Shown one piece after another: positions 38,740 to 50,945 of a stretch of DNA of 64,000 nucleotides (position 1 is its first letter; the number at the start of each line of letters is the position of its first letter). The translations under genes were made by a program, and so were the position numbers. This stretch comes from Mobula hypostoma. Lineage: Eukaryota. The stretch spans positions 178,498,001 through 178,562,000 of the forward strand of contig NC_086100.1 in assembly GCF_963921235.1 (NCBI RefSeq), read 5' to 3'. The notes beneath the pieces were generated by a model. It worked only from the letters and a program-made list of their open reading frames with translations, was not told the DNA's origin and did no database searches.

Positions 38740-38975
38740 GTAGAGTAGATATACTTTATTGATCCCGAGGGAAACTGGGTTTCGTTACAGCCGCACCAAC
38801 CAAGAATAGAGCGTAAATATGGCAATACAAAAACCACAAACAATCAAACAACAGAATGCAAACTATGCCAGATGGAAAATAAGTCCAGGACCAGACTATT
38901 GGCTCAGGGTGTCTGACCCTCCACGGGAGGATCTGCAGGTTCGATGGCCACAGGCAGAAATGACCTCCCGTGCCA
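38740..38975 (-). mobile_element. Rex1-like 3' end fragment
   Basis: Shares ccaggaccag..tattggctcagggtgtctgaccctcc with 45465-45505. Confidence 0.65.
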
Positions 38976-40113
38976 TAGACCAGCATGAGAGTTCTATTTG
39001 GCCTCTAACCTCTCTTTGAAGAAAGAACTTGGTCACAAAGCTCCCAAATTTAGCTTAAATCATGTGAGCTAGTGAACCATTAATCTATTCTTGTCATTAA
39101 CAAAAAAAAAGAGAATGGTAATTTTCTCATTTCCATTTCTCTAACAACCAAGTCCTACACTTTCTTTTTCATAATCGGACCGAAAACCCAAACATCACCA
39201 TTTTTTCCTTCAGTTTGATTTATAGAATCATAGAAACATAGAAAACCTACAGCACAATACAGGCCCTTCGGCCCACGATGCTGTGCCGAACATGTACTTA
39301 CTTTAGAAATTACCTAGTGTTACCCATAGCCCTCTATTTATCTAAGCACCGTGTATCATGAATGAATGAATATTAAGAATGGATTTGAGCCAAAGATCAG
39401 GCATGCTCTTATTGAGTGATGATGGTACACAGTTGAGAGCTCAATAGCCTGTTCCTGATCCTATTTCCTACATTCACAAGCTGACTTTTGGAACAGAGTT
39501 ATCCCCAACTTGAGTTTTTTTTCTTTTTGATAAGCAGTGAAAAGAGTGTTTTGGATGCATTGCTCTAGACTCCTTTGGAAATGCATTTCACTGGTCTGGT
39601 GGCTGTGGTATATTGGTTGTTCTGACTGAAAGGCAAATCCAGCAGCTTCACCCAAAGTTAATGTTGTACCTTTCATTCACTCTGCTGTGGTTCTTCACAT
39701 TGGGATTTTGTTATCGTGAACAACATTATTCTGAAACTTTCAAAGTCTTTGAAACTCTTTCGATGTTCAGTCCCACTTCCTACTTAATTATTTCGTGATA
39801 CTTTTAGCCCCAAAGACTTTTTTCTAAATCACAGTAATTTGAACTATTAATTTTCACTTTACCCTTGATTATGATGACCTTTATGCATTAAAGTACAAAA
39901 GTAATGCTTAATTGGAAAATGATATTCTGATTGGAATTATGCGTTGAATAAATTAAGTACTTATAAAATTAAAATGTTGAGGTTATGGAGTGACCTCAGG
40001 TGAATTGTGAGTAGTACAGTTTGAGAATTCATTATAATAGTTTAGAAAATATAATCAGAATTCAACAAATTAGCGAAGTTAATAAATTCCGGCGCACTGA
40101 ACATTTTCGTGGG

Positions 40114-40121
40114 TATAAAAA
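40114..40121 (+). promoter_or_regulatory. TATA box of the oxytocin-family gene
   Basis: TATAAAAA starting 78 nt upstream of the ATG in non-repetitive sequence. Confidence 0.75.
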
Positions 40122-40191
40122 GAGAGCAGACGGGAAGTTGCTCAGAACAGTTTGGAAGGCTTCCTGTGTCCAGATACACCAGGAGAACATC

Positions 40192-40311
40192 ATGCAGTCT
40201 ACTTGCCTCATCGTTGCACTCCTCTGTTTCATCTCCTTCTCTTCAGCTTGCTACATCAACAACTGCCCCATTGGAGGCAAAAGATCCGTCCTGGACATGG
40301 AGATCAGACAG
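40192..40311 (+). CDS. OXT: Oxytocin-family prepro-hormone, coding exon 1 (signal peptide, nonapeptide CYINNCPIG, GKR, start of neurophysin)
   Basis: ATG at 40192; MQSTCLIVALLCFISFSSA-CYINNCPIG-GKR-SVLDMEIRQ followed by donor CAG|GTAAGG. A 40-codon phase-0 exon as in vertebrate OXT/AVP genes; neutral residue at position 8. Confidence 0.96.
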
Positions 40312-40789
40312 GTAAGGAGTAAATTTCTTCACATCTTTGATAATAATGCCTTGTAAGGGAAAAACACCTTTATTTTTCAAAAGACTTTTTTACATTGGAA
40401 AACCAGTGCAAATATTGAAATTTCTCTTGACTTGAAGATCATACAGGGTTCTTTTCATGTTCCACAGAGATTAATTCAGATGGTTCTTAAGCAAGTGTGG
40501 TTTCTAACCAGGTGGTCTGTGTTGTAAGAATCAGTGATCTGACCTTCTTTCGTAAAGACACTGAATTCAAACCCTCCCATCAAAACCCGTGGCTTCAGTG
40601 TGTCATTGAAAATGATACTTGACACTCCAAACAGAGAGGAAGAGTTTTTTGCAATTCCATAAAATTATTAATTCTAAAATTATCTTATGGAAACTTACTA
40701 AATAATTCTGAGAAAGGTAGAAGTTTCAGTGCTCGGTTATGTCTAACCAAAGTGCAGGGTGATGTAATTGGAATAAATGTACATAATTC

Positions 40790-41330
40790 ACAACCACTGA
40801 CATCGAGCTGGGGGTTCACTTTAAGAGGCTGCTCTGACATGATGGTGGTACTACATAAAGATTTGCTGGCACATTTTTGGTGTTTAGGTGTTGGAGTTCA
40901 ATAAAATGTGCTGTGGGTTCAATAAAACATAAAATGCCTCATTTTGTTTTATTTGTTAAACCTACATTGGTGACCCAATGCGTTAGAACGATTCCAGAGT
41001 TATTGAACATGTTGCCCAACACAGTTGCTTTGAAACTGCTGGAGTTTTGTGAGCAAAATGCTGTCACTTGGTTTCTACAAGAAATCACAGCCGATGACAT
41101 CAAATTCTACTACACGGTGGAGTCCCTCAGCAACCCCATGGCTGTGAGATTGTTAAGTGAGCTTGAACACAATAAGTACTGATGGCTGAAAACTCAACTT
41201 TTATAGACTTTTGGGCTATCGGAGCTTGAGTGCGCCAAACAGTTGCTCCCCTTGCCTAGCTTTGGCAATACGAGGCCCTTGGAGCTAATAGACCACAAGC
41301 TGTCTCTCCTTGGAAATCAGAATTGTTGTT
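40790..41330 (+). mobile_element. Old Gypsy element 5' part (LTR remnant, PBS, gag start)
   Basis: LTR ends ...cctaCA at 40966 followed by TGGTGACCC; gag-like VALKLLEFCEQNAVTWF; a matching LTR remnant recurs at ~49600-49682. Confidence 0.55.
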
Positions 41331-41337
41331 TTATTTT

Positions 41338-44300
41338 TCTTTCTTTCTTTTTAAATCTTTTTATTAATTTTCCAAAATTATAAACAGAATAACAATATTA
41401 ATACAGAGAGATTGGAATAATCATATTGTCGATAAGCATGTACAAAAAAAGATTTCAAATAGTACAAGTATAATAGTCTTCCAAACTCTTAATATAATTA
41501 ATCATAGAGAAAAAAAGAAAAAAAACAAAGAAAACCCCCCAAAAAAACAAACAAAAAACTAAATGCTAAACCCAAAAAAGAAAGCAAATGAAACAAAACA
41601 AAGCTAGACCATTATCTTAAATTGAACACGTCCAGTAATGTCGTCAACTCTGCTCATATATTTTAAGTTAATAAGAAGGATTCAGAAAGGTCAAATTACA
41701 TCGTATGAAAATGTTGAATAAATGGTTTCCAAGTCTTTTCAAATTTAACCGAAGGATCAAAAATGTCACTTCTGATTTTTTCTAAATTTAAACATGATAT
41801 AGTTTGGGAAAACCATTGAAATGTGGTAGGAGGATTGTTCTCTTTCCAGTTCAATAAAATGGATCTTCTTGCCATTAAAGTAACAAATGCAATCATCCGA
41901 CAGGCTGAAGAGGATAAAAATCTATGTTCTGCCATTGACGAACCGAAAATTGCCGTAATAGGATGGGGTTGTAAATCAAAACGCAAAACTGTTGAGATAA
42001 TATCAAAAATATCTTTCCAAAAGAGGACAGGACCAAAACATATGAGTTAAAGAAGCCACCTCAGAGTGACATCTGTCACAAATAGGGTTTATATGGGAAT
42101 AAAAATGGGCTAATTTATCTTTATACATATGGGCCCTATGCACTACTTTAAATTGTATTAGCGTATGTTTGGCACATATAGAGGAGGAACTAACTAATTG
42201 AAAATTTTTATCCCATTTCTCTATAGGTAGGCAAAGTTAAAGTTCCCTTTCCCATTAATTTTTAATTTTATCAGATATACCTGGCTGTAATTTCATAATT
42301 ATATCATAAATAGATGCTATTAATCCCTTCCGAAAAGGATTTAAACCTAAAATTTTATCGATGATCTCAGTAGGGTATGAGATTGGGAAGGTAGGCAGCA
42401 TGGTATTTAAAAAGTTTCTTATTTGTAAATATCTTAAAAAAAGATAGGATCTGGGCAAATTAAATTTATTAGATAACTGTTCAAAAGACACGAAACAGTT
42501 ATCCAGAAATAAGTCACAAAAACATGTTATACCTTTCATTTTCCATATCAAAAAGGCATGATCCATAACTGAGGGTTGAAAAAAATTTAGATATAATAGA
42601 GCTTGATAATATAAATTTGTTCAAACCAAAAAATTTACGAAATTGAAACCATATTCGTAATGTATGTTTAATTATTGGATTAACCATTTGTTTATTCAAT
42701 TTAGATAGTACAAAAGGAAGAGAAGTTCCTAAAATGGAAGCCAAAGAGAACCCTTGTGCAAAGTAGCCTTCAAGGTTTACCCAATGTCGACTTGGAATTA
42801 TATTCCAATTTTGTGTCCAAAATATTAATTGCCCAATAATAGAATCTTAGATTAGGCAATGCTAAACCACCATCTTTCTTGGACTTCTGTAAATATTTTT
42901 TACTTAACCTGGGATTTTTGTTCTGCCATATATAGAGGAAATTTTAGAATCAGTAGTATCAAAAAAAAAGATTTAGGAATAAAAATTGGTATAGCTTGAA
43001 ATAAATATAAAAATTTAGGTAAAATAATAATTTTAATAGCATTAATTCGGCCAATTTGTGATAGAGACAATGGGGACCACTTAGTAATCAGTTGTTTAAC
43101 CTGACTAATTAACGGTAAAAGGTTGAGCTTGAATAAATCCTTATGTCTCTTAGCAATTTTAACTTCCAAATAAGTAAAATAGTCAGTAATCAGTCTGAAT
43201 GGAGAACATCTATAAATGGGAGCCTGCATATTTAATGGAAGAAGTTCACTTTTACCTAGATTCAATTTGTAACCAGAAAAACTAATGAACTGAGCAAGCA
43301 GAGTTAATACTGCCGGAATAGAGTCCCCCAGGTTAGAAATATATAATAGTAGATCATCTGCATATAGTGATAATTTATGTGCCTCATTTCCACGGGTAAT
43401 ACCAAATATATTAGGGGAGTCACGATTAACAATAGCTAGCGGTTCCAAGGCAATGTCGAATAGTAGTCGACTAAGAGGGCAACCCTGCCTAGTACCACAG
43501 AATAATTGAAAGAGGGGAGATCTTTGATTATTAGTAAATACCGAAGCCAATGGAGTAAGATATATCAATTTAATCCAAGATATAAAATTCCGACTAAAAT
43601 TAAATTTCTCAAGCGCATTAAACAAATATGTCAATTCAACTCTATCAAAGGCTTTCCCAGCGTCCAATGAAATGACACATTCTGGAGTTCTGGGTGAAGG
43701 GGTATAAACAATATTCATTAATCTCCTAATATTAAAGGCAGAGTAACGATTTTTAATAAATCCAGTCTGATCAGCAGAAATAATTTGAGGTAATACATTC
43801 TCCAATCTCATTGCCAATATTTTAGAAAAAATCTTAGAATCTACATTCAACGAAGATATAGGCCTATAAGATGCACATTCTATAGGATCCTTATCTTTTT
43901 TAAGAATTAGGGAAATAGAAGCTCGATAAAAAGATTGTGGTAATTTACCTATAGATACCTAAAAATTCTACATAGCCAAGGAGTCAGTGTAGTAGGGAAA
44001 AATTTAAAAAATTCTGCTGTATATCCGTCTGGGCCAGGTGCTTTACCTGAGTTCATCGAAAGAATAGCATTTTTTATTTCTTCTACCGTAGTAGGTACAT
44101 CTAGTTATAAACGTTCATTGGATGATAATTTTGGAATATACAATTTCTTTAAAAAATCATGCATTATAGTGGAGTCATCAGGAAATTCTGATTGATATAG
44201 GGAGGTATAAAATTCTTGAAAAGATTTATTTATCTCATCATGGTCAACTGTCAGAGTACCATCTTTTTTACGTATCTTGCTTAACTGAAGCCGATTTTAA

Positions 44301-45326
44301 TTGATTAGCCAATAGTTTCACAGTTTTATCACCATGTATATAGAATTGACTCTTAGTTTTAATTAATTGACTTACAATCAAAGATGATAGCAATAGACTA
44401 TGTTCCATTTGGAGTTCAAATTGCTCTTTGTAAAGCTCCTGATTAGGAGCTATAGAATATTTCTTGTCAATTTCTTTGATCTTGTCAACCAGTTTACGTA
44501 TTTCATTATTAGTTCGCTTTTTTAATCCAGCATTATATGAAATAATTTGTCCATGAATGTATGCTTTAAAAGTATCCCATAGTGTCCCACTGGAAATTCC
44601 CTCTGTAAAATTCGTTGTAAAGAAAAAATTAATCTGTTCCTCAATAAACTTAACAAAATTCAAATCTTGAGGCAAAGTGGTATTAAATCGCTTTTGTCTA
44701 GAACTAGAAGATGTATCCCTTGACTTAATAGATAGTCTCAACGGCGCATGATCGGAAACAAAAATGGAATCATATTTGCAGTCAATAACAAGTCGAGAGT
44801 CAATAAGAAAATAATCAATTCTTGAATAGTGATGATATACATGTGAAAAAAATGAGAACACTTTCTCGTTGGGATGCAAGAATCTCCAAATTTCTGAGAT
44901 TCCAGAGTCAGTCATAAAAGAGTTAATAGGAGTAGTCAATTTATTCGGAAGTACTTGATTGGACATGGATCTATCCATCAAGGGATTTAAACAACAGTTA
45001 AAATCTCCGCCCATAACCAACATATAATCATTTAAATTAGGAAGAGATGTAAAGAGATTCTTAAAAAACTTGGGACAATTGACATTTGGGGCATAAACAT
45101 TAAGCATAACAACTTTTTTCTTAAATAGCAAACCAGTAATTAACAAAAATCTACCATTCAGATCTGAAACCGTCTCATGATGTAAAAATGAAATTGATGG
45201 ATCTATAAAAATATAAACACCTTTTACTTTGGCCTGTGAATTCGAGTGGTACTATTATACCTTCCAGAACCTAAAAAAATACTGATTATCCTCTTTCCAG
45301 ACATGAGTTTCTTGTACAAAGATAAT
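41338..45326 (-). mobile_element. L1-clade LINE ORF2 (APE, RT, C-terminal domain), frameshifted
   Basis: IIFVQETH, NVYAPN, GGDFN, SRIDY, SDH; DQTGF, KAFDRV, GTRQGCPLS, LYADD; A-rich 3' tail at the left end. Confidence 0.9.
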
Positions 45327-46204
45327 CATAGTCATAGTCATACTTTATTAATCCCAGAGGAAATTGTTTTTCGTTACAGTTGCACCATAAATAATAAATA
45401 GTAATAGAACCATAAATAGTTAAATAGTGATATGTAAATTATGCCAGTAAATTATGAAATAAATCCAGGACCAGCCTATTGGCTCAGGGTGTCTGACCCT
45501 CCAAGGGAGGAGTTGTAAAGTTTGATGGCCACAGGCAGGAATGACTTCCTATGACGCTCTGTGCTGCATCTCGGTGGAATGAGTCTTTGGCTGAATGTAC
45601 TCCTGTGCCCACCCAGTACATTATGTAGTAGATGGGAGACATTGACCAAGATGGCATGCAACTTAGACAACATCATCTTTTCAGACACCACCGTGAGAGA
45701 GTCCAGTTCCATCCCCACAACATCACTGGCCTTACGAATGAGTTTGTTGATTCTGTTGGTGTCTGCTACCCTCAGCCTGCTGCCCCAGCACACAACAGCA
45801 AACATGATAGCACTGGCCACCACAGACTCATGGAACATCCTCAGCATCGTCCGGCAGATGTTAAAGGACCTTAGTCTCCTCAGGAAATAGAGACGGCTCT
45901 GACCTTTCTTGTAGACAGCCTCAGTGTTCTTTGACCAGTCCAGTTTATTGTCAATTCGTATCCCCAGGTATTTGTAATCCTCCACCATGTCCACACTGAC
46001 CCCCTGGATGGAAACAGGGGTCACCGGTACCTTAGCTCTCCTCAAGTCTACCACCAGCTCCTTAGTCTTTTTCACATTAAGCTGCAGATAATTCTGCTCA
46101 CACCATGTGACAAAGTTTCCTGCCGTAGCCCTGTACACAGCCTCATCTCCCTTGCTGATGCATCCAACTATGGCAGAGTCATCTGAAAACTTCTGAAGAT
46201 GACA
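45327..46204 (-). mobile_element. Rex1/Babar LINE 3' part with uninterrupted reading frame
   Basis: CHLQKFSDDSAIVGCI...LQLNVKKTKELVVD...GQSRLYFLRRLRSF...SFLPVAIKLYN; (TATGAC)n tail. Confidence 0.85.
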
Positions 46205-46928
46205 CCTGTAGTGAGGCAACCAGAACTGAGTACAGTACTCCAACTGGGGTCTGACCAGGGTCCCATATAGCTGCAACATTACCTCTCGGTTCCTAAACTC
46301 AACCCCACAATTGTTGAAGGCCAATGCACCGTATGCCTTCTTAACCACAGAGTCAACCTGTGTAGCAGCTTTGAGTGTCCAATGGACTAGGACCCCAAGA
46401 TCCCTCTGATCCTCCACACTGCCAGGTGTCTTACCATTAATACTATATTCTGCTAACATACTTGACCTACAAAAATGAACTACCTCATACTTATTTGGGT
46501 TGAACTCCATCTGCCACTTCTCAGCCCAGTTTTGCATTCTATCAATTTCCCACTGTAACCTCTGACAGCTGTCCACACTATCCACAACACCTCCAACCTT
46601 TGTGTCATTAGCATATTTACTAACTGATCCCTCCACTTCCTCATCCAGGTCATTGATAAAAATCACAAAGAGTAGGGGTCCCAGAACAGATCCCTGAGGC
46701 ACACCAATGGTCACCGTCCTCCAAGCAGAATATGACCTTTCTACAACCACTCTTTGCCTTCTGTGGGCAAGCCAGTTCTGGATCCACAAAGCAATGTCCC
46801 CTTGGATCCCATGCCTCCTTACTTTCTCAATAAGCCTTGCATGGTGTACCTTATCAAATGCCTTATTGAAATCCATATACACTACATCTACTGCTCTACG
46901 TTCATCAATGTGTTTAGTCACATCCTCA
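46205..46928 (-). mobile_element. CR1 RT fragment
   Basis: [40 protein letters not shown]. Confidence 0.88.
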
Positions 46929-46929
46929 A

Positions 46930-48080
46930 AATATTCTTTTTTTTTCCTTTTTCAATATTTTTATTAATTTCTACATAAAGAATACAGTACATATTATAAG
47001 TAAAAAAAGATAAAATAATACCAATACATATTTGAATCACACTTGCAACCTCATTACTCTACATTCATGTAAATTAAATTAAATCAAAATGTTGAAATAT
47101 GATAATATTATTATTACATAGAAAAAAAATCTAAAACCACTACCAAGATTAAAGCTGCTTGGTAAAGAAAGAAAGAAGGAAAAAAATCCTTATCATATAG
47201 TGAAATATGTTATTAACCAACACCTGTACTTTAACAACAAATCAATGATTTTGAAAATAGTTCAAAAATGGTCCCCACAATGTGTGAAAGTCTTGGCTAG
47301 GTTCAGAAATTGAACAACGGATCTTTTCTAAATTTAAACATAACATAATATCACGTAACCATGAAGTGTGAGTAGGCGGGATGACATCCTTCCATTTAAG
47401 CAAGAGCGTCCTCCTAGCTATAAGAGAAATAAAAGACAGAATGTGCAAATCAGATGTCTCCAGAATAATATATTTTTCTCCAACAATACCGAATAAAGCA
47501 GTCAAAGGGTTAGGCTTAAAATTTACTTTGAAAAGTACAGAGAAAGTTTGAAATATTTCCTTCCAGCATTTCCCGAGACTCGGACAGGTCCAAAACATAT
47601 GAATTAGTGAAGCTTCTACATTATTACATCTATCACGAAAGGGAGATATATCCGAATAAAAATGAGATAGCTTATCCTTGCTCATGTGGGCCCTATGGAC
47701 CACTTTAAATTGTAACAGGGAGTGGCAGACACAGATCGATGAAGAGTTAACCAATTTTTTAAAAAAAATTTTATTCCAAGTTTCCTCAGAAATTGAAGTC
47801 TGTAAATCTTGTTCCCAAAGATCTTTAATTTTGTCTAATGGGACATTTCTCATTCCCAGCAACATACCGTAAATATTAGATACTGAAACATTATGAAAAG
47901 GTTTCAAATTAAAAATTACATCTAATAAGTTCTTATCAGGACTTTTAGGAAATGTATATAATTGAGATCGCAGAAAGTCTCTAATTTGTAGATATCGCAA
48001 ACAGTGGGTTTTTGGCAGGCTATACTTAGCTGACAATTGCTCAAACGAGAAGAGACTTCCTCCACAAACAAAACCTGGAA
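46930..48080 (-). mobile_element. Second L1-clade 3' fragment
   Basis: YLQIRDF, QFKVVHR, C..HMFWTC, LNLEKI; A-rich tail. Confidence 0.8.
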
Positions 48081-48084
48081 GCAT

Positions 48085-49599
48085 GTAGACCACAGAAGTA
48101 GCAAAGGAGTTCTGTGTCTTTATGGATCTCACTCTGTCAGCAGCTGGCCCCCTCAGACATTCAACCATTCACTGTCTTTACATCATCAGAGCCCTGCCAC
48201 TCATCCAGCATCTGAGAAGTCTCTCCACCCAAGTCTCAGACTCCTCTTCCCTCTTGGGCGTGGGCTTCACTCCTGAGAACAATCTCAGCTTTCGATAGCT
48301 AGGAATCCCCACCTGTTCACTTTGCCATTTATTCGTCAGGAAGGTAAGGACTGATACCAACTCAGAATTCTCACTCTTTGCTGGAGGACTTGTTGGATGT
48401 TCCAAAGCAGACCACCACTTCCCCTCGCTAGGCACAAAGGAGAATAACCTGCCTTTGAAGTCCCTGCCCCCAGCTACGGGAGACTTGGCCTCTGATTTTG
48501 CACACTCGCCTACACTCTCCTCCTCTGGGAAAGTATGGACAACACACGGCACCCCACCCACCTCCCGAGGCCTCAGTAGTACCAGGCAGTTCCACTGCCA
48601 TTCTGTCAGTGCTAGTCTGAACTAAAACAACACCTTTGCCCATCATTCTATCAAACCTCTGTTCCACAATAGTAACTGCTCCTACTGATTTAACAGTACT
48701 TAAAGTTTGAATTAACAATTTGCTGGGAATACGAATGTCTACACCACTCAATGCACATGCATTCGTTACCGGTAACCCCATGGATTCGCACCTCCGCTCA
48801 ACCCTGTACAACATCCGTAACCACGTATCATAATCACTTTACCGAACAATAGTTTAACACAGGCTTAAACACACAACTCACTGGATCAATGCTCAGGGCA
48901 ATCACACAGCATCCAACGAAATCAATCCCAAATGATACCGCCACAATGAAATCCCCTGGTTTCCTGGGCTGCGTAAGTCTAGGGAAAACACTCTCCAGTC
49001 CCGCCAAACTCGTGGGATTGAGACAGCTGTCCAGCCCCAAACCCCGGTTTGTGTGGCTGCTGTGTAATTTGCTACCCTGTTACAAATTAGTGCCATGAAA
49101 TAACAGACAGCACCCTGCATACCATTAAAGGAATTATATTTATGAATCTTAACTTAACTAAAGGGTTAGTAAAGAAAAAACAAAAAGAAAAGGGCCCATT
49201 TTAATTGAACAGTCAAATATGCACAAATTGGAGCTCATCTTGAACTTCTCTGTCACACATGCACTGGGCCCTCGGTCAGCTGGAAAGCACACATCACCTT
49301 CCGATTGTCACTCGCAATCCATCTCGAACAAACATGTCCCCCACCGGGTCGCAACCTACGACCAGTTCTCCCCAGTGTCTTCTCTCTTCATCTCCAGCAG
49401 AACCTAAAAAACCTCCAAGACCAACCTTAGAGCCCCACACCAAGAAAACCTCCCCCTAATTGGGTGGCTCTCATTGCACATATTCCTTATCTTTAACAAA
49501 TAACCCAGAAAAGGCTGAAAGCAGAACAGACTGCTCTTACAGAACTGCTAAATGAAATACCTATAACAGAACAGTAAAGATGTGAACCAGGGCATTACA
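48085..49599 (-). mobile_element. Truncated Gypsy element: 5' LTR (49599-48947), PBS, PNMA-like gag start
   Basis: TGTAATGCCCTGG...GATTTCA then TGGCGGTATC; same LTR family as the solo LTR at 8260-8877; ORF 48428-48814 resembles a PNMA-type gag N-terminus. Confidence 0.75.
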
Positions 49600-49949
49600 G
49601 TAGGGTTTGGAATTCAATAAAATGTGTTTCAGGTTTCATTAAATATAAAACCCCTCACTTCATTTTATTTATGAAAAGCTATAAAAGTATCTGGAATAGA
49701 TTGGAATGAAATTCTATTTCTGAGATAGTTTAATGGTAGCTTGTGTGTAACTGGAAGCTGTCTGGTCGAAGAGTCAATAACTGAGAGGGATAATTTATAG
49801 GAACAGGCGATATTGATCAAATGGATAAACTGACCTAAAGAGTCGAAGTGGTATTAATCATCGCTCAACTGGAAGATGAATTTTCATAAGAGTTGGCTTT
49901 TAGTATATTCTAAAATGATCAAAATTTCATTTAACTTGTTCTTCTAAAA

Positions 49950-50945
49950 ATAGAACATAACATTTCGGAGCAGATTTAGGCCATTTGGCCGATTGGATCC
50001 ACTCCACAGTTTCATCACAGCAGATCCAACTTTCTCTCAATCCCAATCTCCTGCTTTCTCCCCGTATCCCTTCATGTCCTGACCAATCAAGAATCAATCA
50101 ACCTCTGCATTAAATATACATAAAGACTTAGTCTCTACAGCTGCTTGTGGCAGAGAATTCCACAGATGCACCACACTCTGGTTAAAGAAATTCCTCCTCA
50201 TCTCTGTTTGAAGAGGCCGCCCCTCTATTCTGAGAATGTGTCTTCTCGTTTTAGATACTCCCACAATAGGAAACATCCTCTCCCTATCCACTCTATCAAG
50301 GCTTTTTACCATGCAACGTGTTTCAGGGAGATCACCCCTCATTCTTCTGAATTCCGGTGAAAACAGGCTCGGGGCCATTACAAGCTCTTCATACGACAAG
50401 CCGTTCAACCTTGGATTCACAAAAAAATCTCACAAAAGTTAGTTGATTTGGCCCAGTGTATCACAGATAAAGCCCTCCCAACCATTAAGCTTATTGGCAT
50501 GAAACATAGACATAGAAATGCAGTATCCATTATCAAAGATCCTCACCACCCAGGCCATGCTCTTTTCTCACTGCTGCTGTTAGGTAGGAGGTATAAAGTG
50601 CCTCAGGACACGCACCAGCAGGTTCAGGAACAATTACTACCTCTCAGCCATCAGACTCTTGAGCAAAAGTGATGACTACGCTCATTCATTTTCTGATGTA
50701 CCCACAACCAATGGTCTCATTTTAAGGACTCTATCTTGTAATTTCATGTCCTTCCATTTCATGTTATTTCATACTTGTTATTTATTGCTATTTATTTATA
50801 TTAGCATTTGCACAGTTTGTTGTGCATTGATCCTGTTTACAGTTACTATTCTATAGATTTGCTAAGTATACCTGTAGGAAAATGAATATCAGGGTTGTAT
50901 GTGGTGACATGTCTGTACTCTGATAATAAATTTTACTTTGAAATT
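49950..50945. mobile_element. CR1 3' fragment (minus, ~49950-50420) and Rex1/Babar 3' fragment (plus, ~50445-50945)
   Basis: RRMRGDL..LWNSLP; SIIKDPHHPGHALFSLL. Confidence 0.75.

Noticed and set aside
40249-40275. Vasotocin/vasopressin assignment
   Set aside because: Position 8 is Ile rather than Arg/Lys and exon 3 has no glycosylated copeptin.
40021-40356. 111-aa ORF taken as the full hormone precursor
   Set aside because: It starts at a non-ATG codon upstream of the TATA box and reads through the splice donor; the real exon is 40192-40311.
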